From: Octopus sinensis
Lineage: Eukaryota
Direction: 5' to 3'
Length of the DNA stretch: 64,000 bases
Assembly (NCBI RefSeq): GCF_006345805.1
Contig: NC_043002.1
Location: forward strand, 33,108,001 to 33,172,000
Of the stretch, positions 54,807 to 64,000 are shown piece after piece. The notes beneath the pieces are model-generated. The model saw only the letters and a program-made list of their open reading frames with translations, did no database searches and was not told where the DNA came from. Positions within the stretch are counted from its first letter, which is position 1, and the number at the start of each line of letters is the position of its first letter. A program made the position numbers and the translations under genes.

Positions 54807-56073
54807 TACATATATATATATATATATATATTATAATTATATGTAGAAAAATACAAACTGGGACAAGAACGCAAAACACTTAGAAGATGATACAAAAAAC
54901 ACGGACGGGACATATATATATATATATATTATAAGACAAGGTATAAATAATAGTCTTTACATATTTTTCTTTATTGCAGTAAATTTTTGACTTACAACTG
55001 TAAATATGTTGCAACCATTATTTACACCTTATCTTGTATCTCACTCTCTGTGAAAACCAAGCTAACTAGGGCCCAACCATGGATTTACAATATAGAATGG
55101 TGATGAACTATTACCTTGGACCCTGCCACAAGAATATGCAAATTTCTTTACAAATCTAAACAGTATTGCGAGTCTGATGCACTAACAGAGCTTATAAAAT
55201 ATTTTGCCCAGATTGATAATCCCTCACTGACTTTGTGTGTGTGTGTGTGAGGTCTGTGTGTGTATATATTTATATTTAATACATATGTATGTATGTATGA
55301 GAAATAAGCATAAACACAAGTTTCTTTTATATTTCTTATGTACATTTTACTGTCATGGTTGTTTGGAGCCTTGCCTTAGGTATCCCAAGTGCATTTAAAT
55401 GCTCAGCTACAATGGATCACAAGGGAACACTTTGTTGCATTAAGTTAGAGGTATGTTTGTATGTGTCTGAGTGTCTGAATATGGAGATCTCACAGTGATA
55501 TAATATTTACAGTCCTTGTTGACATTATGATTGGTCGCTCTATGCTTTGTAAGACATCTGGAGTAAAGAAAAAATCCCTTACTTGAGAAACGAGTAAGGG
55601 TTGGCAACCAGAACATCTGGCTGTAAAAATCCTGCTTCAAAAAACCCCCTTTCTCGCCCATGCTAGCATGGAAAAGTGGGCATTGAATGGACACTGTGTC
55701 TACCCATCTAGTCAACATCTACTTTTTTTTATGTAATCAGGTTGTATCTGAAGATTAAAATTTTGTGACATTCCACTAGAATAAAATCAGTGAGCAAGTT
55801 GACACTGAGAACTGTTGCATGTAATAAAATAATTCCATAAGGATCAGTACAGTTTGGTTTTGGATTTCACCACAATACAAGCATACATACACTAGTGTGT
55901 ATATAATTCTATTGTTAAAATCCAAAATGTATATATATAGTCCTTTTACCAGTTCAGTTTAGTGAACAATTTTTGTCTGAATTTCCTTGTATTTCAAAAC
56001 CAGACATTCAAACTTTATTTGATATCTTGCTGATATTGTTGTTGTTATTGTTGTTTTAGAGTTCAGTTAATTA

Positions 56074-56141
<68 letters not shown>

Positions 56142-59100
56142 TTTCTCGCTACTTTACAAATGGCGTTCCTGTAGCAAGAATCGTTTTTGTTTTATAATAC
56201 TTTATACATTTTAATTGATTATTGTTGTTGTTGTTCATGATGGCAGTTGTATAGTGAAGATCCCAAGTAGTAAGACTTAATCTCCAAGAATTCCACAATT
56301 TTCATTTTTACAATTGTACACATCTTATTGACATTTTTGGGAAATTAAATTTTACAAAGAAATCAAATCTGTTGTTATCTTTATTTGTAACCAAATATTT
56401 CGTTCAGCAACTGTAACATATCTCACCAGTAGCAGCCATCCTTTTCCGCTATATGTCCACTGTAATCAATCTCAACTCTAGCTACTATCCACTGCCTCCA
56501 CATTTCTATACCACCACAGTCACCTATCACTACTGTAGCTTCCATCCACAACCATTACATGTCTTATCTACCATTCACTGCTGTCACATGGCCATACCAC
56601 CATTACTTCTCTACTCTTTCATTCCCCTGATCAGCTATAACTGGACCTCTCTGTGGTTACTTATCTTGCAAGAATTAGTAGCTAAATTCTAGTAGAATTA
56701 GTAGCAAGGTGGCAAACTGGCTGAAACATTAGCACGCCAGGCGAAATACTTAGCGGTATTTCGTCTGTCTTTACGTTCTGAGTTCAAATTCTGCCAAGGT
56801 CGACTTTGCCTTTCATCCGTTCAGAGTCGATAAATTAAGTACCAGTTACGCACTGGGGTCGATGTAATCAACTTAATCACTTTGCCTGTCCTTGTTTGTC
56901 GCCTCTGTGTTTAGCCTCTTGTGGACAATAAAGAAATAAGAATTAGTAGCTAAATTCCCTCAACTACATTCCACCTTCTTTAAATAACTGATACTCTGGA
57001 CGATTGGTCCCTGATAAATATATAAAAAAGACTAGATGGTCATGACTGGAATCATTTTGGTTATAGCTCTGAACTTAACCAGAGCTGAACTGGAGCTAAA
57101 CAACAACTCTTTTTTATGGTCTAGCCAACACAGATATCTTTAAACCAAGATTGGGCAACTATTCTCAAGAAGTAGACCACATGAGGCATGACTTATCACC
57201 AGGTAGGCTACACTACTAAAAAATTTGTTGGTATACCATTCAGAAAGTTTTGTTGGTTGTAGTTTGCCCATGACTGCTCTAAACCACCCTGCAAATGTGA
57301 TACTTTCCACAAAAGAAGTCTCTAAAACTCATATCAGAAATAAAATTTCAAACCAATAATTAAAAATTATATATGGATTCTTTTGATATTAAAGGTTCAT
57401 GATTTTTCTCAGTAGAGATATGAACTGCACAAGAAATACACCTGTAGTATTAAAGTGATTCCTCATTACTGTTTTACACTGTTGCAGCCTGCTAGGGACG
57501 ACAGCCCTCAAATCACATTCCCTACCATCTCAAATAAATAAGGTAAATACACATTAGAATAATTTGATCTTAGACATATACCTAAAATTTCAGGATGGTC
57601 ACACAGCTGTAATGTCTTTTATACAGGGCTTAGACATTTTTTCAAACATTTGAATTGTAGTGCTTATAGACACTTAGTAGTAAACACACTTGTAGTGTAA
57701 AACAATGTAAACCTGTGCATAATATTCCTGTTTTCATTGCACAACCTGAGCACATATGTAAGCATTTATGTAGTATTTTGTGAAAGTTTTATCAAAATTG
57801 TGTGATAATATTTTTCAGACTACCAGAACATGGGACAGTCATTTTCATTCACCTTTAAGTTCTCACCCTAAGTGACTTTTTCCTTCCCCTTTTCTTCTTC
57901 TTTTAGTTATACTTGTTCTTGAACATATATTCTCCTGTAGACTTTGAAATCTTCAAATCAACAGCTATTTTTCTTACGCTTAGATCATCTTTTCTCTTCC
58001 TTTGAATCAAAGAAATTATTTCCTTTGAATGTATTTGAATGTATTTCCATCAGATTAAAAAAAAAAAGATCCTTCTTGAAAGATGATATTTATTCAGGCA
58101 CAGGAGTAGCTGTGTGGTAAGTAGCTTGCTTACCAACTACATGGTCCTGGGTTCAGTCCCACTGTGGAGCACCTTGGGTAAGTGTCTTCTACTATAGCCT
58201 CAGGCCAACCAAAGCATTGTGAGTGGATTTGGTAGACAGAAACTGAAAAAAAGCCCATCGTATATGTATATATATATATATGCATGTATGTATGTGTGTG
58301 TGTGTATATATGTTTGTGTGTTTGTTTATCCCCTCAACATTGCTTGACAACTGATACTAGTGTGTTTACATCCCTGTAACTTAGCGGTTCAGCAAAAGAG
58401 ACCAATAGAATAAGTACTAGGCTTACAAAGAATAAGCTCTGGGGTCGACTATAAAGGCAGTGCTCCAGCATGGCCGCAGTCAAATGACTGAAACAAGTAA
58501 GTAAAAGAGTATTGGACTACTGTAAGCTGCCTTTGCACTGGAAAATTTGCATTAAAAAGTTTGAAGGGATTTTCTAAGGTGATACTAAAGTAAAAAGTGC
58601 TCACAATACAGAAAAGACTGAAAACTATTCTTAAATAGCTCCATGAAATAAACTTTTGAGAAAGTACAATTTCTCAGGCGTATGAAAAAATCTGCCTATC
58701 ACCTGTTATAGCTCTCTAAGATCTGGTTCAACATCGTGAGTTAAAAGCAAAACAACACCTTCTATTTTAGATACCACCACCATCACTACTGCCACCTATT
58801 ACTATTATACACTGAAGCCACTTTGAAAGATGATCTAATTGAAACTGTAATTAAATATCTGAGAAAATTGAGCTGTGGTTACTTGACTACTGAATCACCC
58901 TGAACAGGTGTAGTGTGGTTCTGTGGCGGACATCAATTTAATGCTTCACTAAATTCATAGTCATGAATCTGATTGTCAATGTGAAGAGAAGGAAGGAATG
59001 GTTAAAATGTTTAGCCCACTTGTTTGTTCATAAACAAGCTTAGAGACTTATATTCATTACAATATGTAAGCAGACAGAGAACATATATTAAGTAAGTAGG

Positions 59101-60222
59101 CCACAGAAAGTTAGCTGCATAGTATCATTGTGCATTGTATACAGGCTTTAAACCTATCAAATATATTGGACTCGGTTTGGAATCAGAAGAAAAATAATAG
59201 AGAAAAGGAACTGCATATTCCATAAAGCAGGTTATAAAAAAGAAACATGTGCATGTAAATACAGACACATACATACATGCAAATTTACATATGCACATAC
59301 ATGCATACATATGTAAATGCATGCATGCATACATACATACAAATTTTGCATACATATGTGCATGCATGCCTGCCTACCTACCTACATGCATACATATATA
59401 CATACATTACCTACCTACCTACATACATACATACATACATACATAGAAACATACATACATATATACATACAAACATACGTACATAATACATAAACAAAAG
59501 TGTACAGTAAGATCCATGATGGTAGAGTCTGAAAAGTATAAGGATCTAATGGTAATCTGGATGAAGTGATGGTAAGATGGATAAAGAGGAGTATTGAAGA
59601 TTCAAGAAGGTAGGAGAGATGAGGGTCCAAGAGTGGAGGAAGTTCAGTCAAGCAGGGAACTATAAATACATACCGTAAATCTTCGCATATAATCCACATT
59701 TTTTTCCCAACATTTAAAGATCAAAATCCCTAGTGCGTACTATATACTAAAAATGAAAAATATTTTGTAAGCAATGTCCAAGTCTCTATTTGCTGTCCGG
59801 CTATGTTCATTCAGACGCATTTTATGATGTCGGGCACGAAAATACCTTAAGCTGAGCCTGAAAGCAATGAATTCATAAAAGAATCATCCATAACTTGCAG
59901 TAAGCAACATTTATTAAAATAAAAGTATTCAGAACCCAGAATAACATGTAACAAAAACAATTTGCAAACATATTTACATTCCCATATAACAGTTAAGAAC
60001 ATCACCATTATTGTATATAGTGGATTTGGTAGATGAAAAGTGGAAGAAAACTGTCATATATATATATATATATATATACAACTTATAAATAAGGGCAAAC
60101 AAAAAAATTTCTAATGCCAAATATGCCGAAATTGGACACATTGTCCATAACCAAATAATTTTTCACAATATGCACGCTACTCGAAAAAAGGTCGACAGAA
60201 ATTTCTGAAAAAATTCCATTAT

Positions 60223-60279
60223 TACCATATCGGACCGATTTCAGGGTTAGTTCATAAGTACCCTTCCTTCGTCAGTGAT
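60223..60279 (-). ncRNA. Type I hammerhead ribozyme motif, near-canonical
   Basis: Minus strand reads ATCA-CTGACGA-AGG(AAGGGT...ACC)CT-GAAA-TCG-GTC-CGA-TA|TGGT. It has a 4-bp stem III with a 3-nt loop, an AUA triplet and a 4-bp stem I. Confidence 0.7.
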
Positions 60280-60455
60280 AAATGTGGCAAAAGAAATAAA
60301 TGAGATACTTACTAATACCCATGGAAGAAGCAAAACACTAAGTCATGAGCACAATTAAGTACCCCAAATACATCCAAAATAGAAATACTCCAGTATTTTT
60401 TAATATGCTGGCCATTGATAAAATTTTTTTTTTCAAAAATAATTTTATTCTACAT

Positions 60456-60485
<30 letters not shown>

Positions 60486-60486
<1 letters not shown>

Positions 60487-60735
60487 GGAAGCTTAAAGAT
60501 CCTGCGAATCGACAAAGATTTAGAGATGTAACACTCAAAGCCTTTGACGAAATAGAAGGGGATGTAGTTTCACCCGATGTGGATGACAATTGGAGGTTTT
60601 TATGGGACAACCGGCTGAGAGCCACTGACCAAGTCTGTGGATGGTGCAAAGTCCCCTCTTGACCCAAGATTACATGGTGGTGGAACAATGTTGTTGACAG
60701 GGCTATTAGAGAAAAGAAACAGGCTTGGAAGGACA
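60486..60735 (+). mobile_element. RTE-clade LINE fragment (linker between endonuclease and RT)
   Basis: KITWWWNNVVDRAIREKKQAWK is the conserved 'WWn..v..ai..Kk.a.k.w' motif. Confidence 0.75.
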
Positions 60736-61271
60736 TATATCATCATCGTTTAACGTCCGCTTTCCATGCTAGCATGGGTTGGACGGTTCGACTGGGTTCT
60801 GGCAAGCCCGAAGGCTACACCAGGCCAGTCAGATCTGGCAGTGTTTCTACAGCTGGATGCCCTTCCTAACGCCAACCACTCCGAGAGTGTAGTGGGTGAT
60901 TTTATGTGCCACCGACACAGGTGCCAGACGAGGCTGGCAGACGGCCATGCTCGGATGGTGTTTTTTATGTGCCACCGACACAGGTGCCAGACGAGGCTGG
61001 CAGACGGCCACGCTCGGATATGGTGTTTTCGGTGTTTATTAAACGATGATGATGATGATGATTATATATATATATATATATAATCATCATCATCATCATC
61101 GTTTAATGTCCGTTTTCCATGCAGGCATGGGTTGCATGGTTTGACTGAGGTCGGAAAGCCAGCAGCTGCACCAGGCTCCAATCTGACCTGGGAATGTTTC
61201 TACAGCTGGAGCCCTTCCTAATGCCAACCACTCCGAGAGTGTAGTGGGTGCTTTTTATGTGCCACCAGGGC

Positions 61272-61559
61272 GTGATACATGTAAAGTATTAGCAGATGCT
61301 CAGGGAAGGAAAGAAAGATGGTTTAATGTTTCGAGCAGATGCTCTTCTTTGGAAACAGAGGAAGGTCCAATAGAAGGGAAGATGGAGGAAGAAAATCACC
61401 AATGATTCACATAACCACATGTGAATCATTGGTGATTTTCTTCCTCCGTCTTCACTTCTATTGGACTTTCCTCTGTTTCCAAAGAAGAGCATCTGCTCGA
61501 AACGTTAAACCATCTGTCTTTCCTTCCCTGAGCATCTGCTAATACATTACATGTATCAC
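61272..61559. repeat. Fold-back inverted repeat (arms of about 140 bp, 6-nt loop) with a mutated hammerhead motif at about 61475-61510
   Basis: Near-perfect arms. The right arm reads gttt-CCAAAGA-AGAGCatctGCTC-GAAACGTTA|AAC, with core G5 changed to A. Confidence 0.85.
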
Positions 61560-61610
61560 ATTCTCGCGTTGTGTTTTTTTTGTGTTTGTTCTTTTTTTTT
61601 TGATTTACTA

Positions 61611-61641
<31 letters not shown>

Positions 61642-61699
61642 CAAATAAAGATAAGAAAGATAAAATTATGTCTTATGTTTTCACATAATAAATGTTTTC

Positions 61700-62742
61700 A
61701 TATGAGATGACATCTGGTGTGCCGCAGGGATCTGTTCTTGGCCCCCTTTTATTTGTTGCATATGTTAATGACATAGATGCCAACTTAAAGAATGCCACAG
61801 TGCTGAAATATGCAGATGACATCAAGCTGTACCTCGAAATAAAGAGGTCAAATCCTATACACTATGGATCTCTATTGCAAGCAGACCTGGACACAATGCA
61901 GCAGTGGATCATGGACTGGCAACTCAAGCTGGCTGTGGACAAATGTACCACCATGCATTTTGGGAGGAGAAACCCAGCGTCCACCTACTCCCTCCACAAC
62001 ACTAGTCTCAAAAAGTCTTCAAGTGAACGTGACCTGGGTGTTATTGTCGACAGTGATTTGCGTTGGACAAAACACATCGCTAAAATTGTCAAGAAGGCTG
62101 AGGGTGTCTTGGCATCACTCACCAAATCCTTTGTGAGCCGCTCTCCGGCTATCTATCTGTGGCTTTATATAGCTATGGTAAGACCTCACCTGGAATTTGC
62201 ATCACCGGTCTGGAACCCCTATCTTGCCCAGGACATCAATCGTCTGGAAGCTCTTCAGCGACGTGCAACCAAAAGAATACCCTCCATCAGGCATTTGCCA
62301 TATCCTGCACGCCTTACTTCTCTGGGCATGGACACATTGAAACTCCGACGCCTGGCAGCTGACTTGGCAGACACCCATAAAATTATCAACCATCGCACAA
62401 ACAATAACTCTGAGCACCTCTTCAAACTCCACCCATCTAACACCCGTGGACATATTTACAAAGTAAGAAAACAGCACAGCTCCCATAACTTCAGGAAACA
62501 TTTTTTCACGCTGAGAGTTGCTGAAGCGTGGCACAAACTGCCGGCATCAGTTGTTAGTTGTCGGAGCACTGCATCCTTCAAGACTTCCATGCTTCCTGAG
62601 ATTCGCCAACACTACACTTGATTTTCTCCCCTCCATACACACACAAGCATGTTCACTTTCCAGACATTTCTACATTACTGCATGTACTTTATATGCACTT
62701 TCTGACAAGTTGTGGTGCACCTGAGCACTGTATACAATAATT

Positions 62743-62800
<58 letters not shown>
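61700..62800 (+). mobile_element. 5'-truncated CR1-like LINE: RT C-terminal half (uninterrupted ORF 61692-62621), 3' UTR and (TTA)n tail
   Basis: Contains SGVPQGSVLGPLLF, YADDIKLY, ERDLGVIVD and VRPHLEFASPVWNP. The frame is stop-free for 309 aa and followed by a microsatellite tail. Confidence 0.93.
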
Positions 62801-64000
62801 AAAGTTTTAAGAGAAAAATATAAGTGAATGTTTTCACACAATGAGTTTTACACAAGAAAGGAATCATATTTAACTGAAAAGTTGCCACATAAAAAAGTTA
62901 TACAGAATATATGTTTTAACCAAAGAAGTTTTACAAGAAGAGCAAAGTCACGTTTTACTAAGCAGTTTATGCTGTTTTCAGCTTTCAAAGTTTAAAGCAA
63001 TTCTTAGCCCATGCGGTGGAAGAAATATATGATTAATTTTATATAGAAATGTCACTTATGCCATTTCCAAGATAAAGAATGCAACTGTTTATTTTGGTGT
63101 TCCATTCACTTATGCTCTTCTGATAAGGGCATTTATTTGTCACTATTTATTGTAACTGTCACAGGTGTTGGTATTAACATAATTGCTCCTTTTCTTTATC
63201 AGCCTAATCTTAAGATTATAATTCAAATTACTTCAATCCATGTACATATTCAGAAGTGTGTGCGTAAAAGTAAAAGTAAAGTTCTTTCCCGAATCATATC
63301 GACTCATGGGACCGGCGTCCTGATTTCCATAGCATATATATCGATCAATGGAAATTGCAGCTGAGTTACCAGTGCCGGTGGCACGTAAGAGAACCATCCG
63401 AACGTGGCTGTTGCCAGCGCCGCCCCGACTGGCCTCGTGCCGGTGGCACGTAAAAAGCACCATCCGTTCGTGGCCGTTGCCAGCCTCGCCTGGCCCCCAT
63501 GCCGGTGGCACATAAAAAGCACCATCCGATCGTGGCCATTTGCCAGCCTCGCCTGGCCTCCATGCCGGTGGCACATAAAAAGCACCATCCGATCGTGGCC
63601 ATTTGCCAGCCCCGTCTGGCACCTATGCCGGTGGCACGTAAAAAGCACCCACTACACTCATGGAGTGGTTGGCGTTAGGAAGGGCATCCAGCCGAAGAAA
63701 CATTGCCAGATCAAATTGGGCCTGGTGCAGCCTTCTGGCTTCCCAGACCCCAGTTGAATCGTCCAACCCATGCTAGCATGGAAAGCGGACACTAAACGAT
63801 GATGATGATGATGATGATGATGATATATTCCTCTCCAGGATGGGACACCAGTCCATCACAGGATAACTCATTTTTGTCTGCTGAGTAAACTGGAGCACTG
63901 TGAAATGAAGTGTTTTGTTCAAGAACACAGAGCATCACCCAGTCCAGGAATTGAAACCACAATCTTATGGTCATGAGTCCAACACCCTAACCACTAAGCC

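Overview
AT-rich, repeat-dense animal genomic DNA. The SINE families, RTE and Penelope relics and long (TA)n/(ATT)n tracts resemble those I recognise from Octopus (cephalopod) genomes, which is an inference. Nearly all ORFs in the supplied track are spurious or transposon-derived. I can assemble one host gene on the + strand from five small exons over about 40 kb: 923-980, 5086-5127, 28227-28428, 34549-34628 and 41064-41248. All junctions are GT-AG and phase-compatible, totalling 567 nt (188 aa plus stop). The product is a Cys-rich folate-receptor/riboflavin-binding-protein-like surface protein with a signal peptide and a hydrophobic, GPI-type C-terminus. Exons 3-5 are well supported; exons 1-2 are less certain. 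The rest is mobile DNA: a decayed full-length mariner, pogo and Tc1-type MITEs, RTE and CR1 LINE fragments, a Gypsy integrase scrap, two back-to-back Penelope-like GIY-YIG fragments and many SINEs. The most striking non-coding signal is a set of eight recognisable minimal type I hammerhead ribozyme motifs (CUGANGA...GAAA...NUH), several of them degenerate. Some sit inside fold-back inverted repeats, including a hairpin with arms of about 620 bp in intron 2 that would mask the only clear sense-strand ribozyme in the pre-mRNA. Repeat boundaries were read by eye and are approximate.
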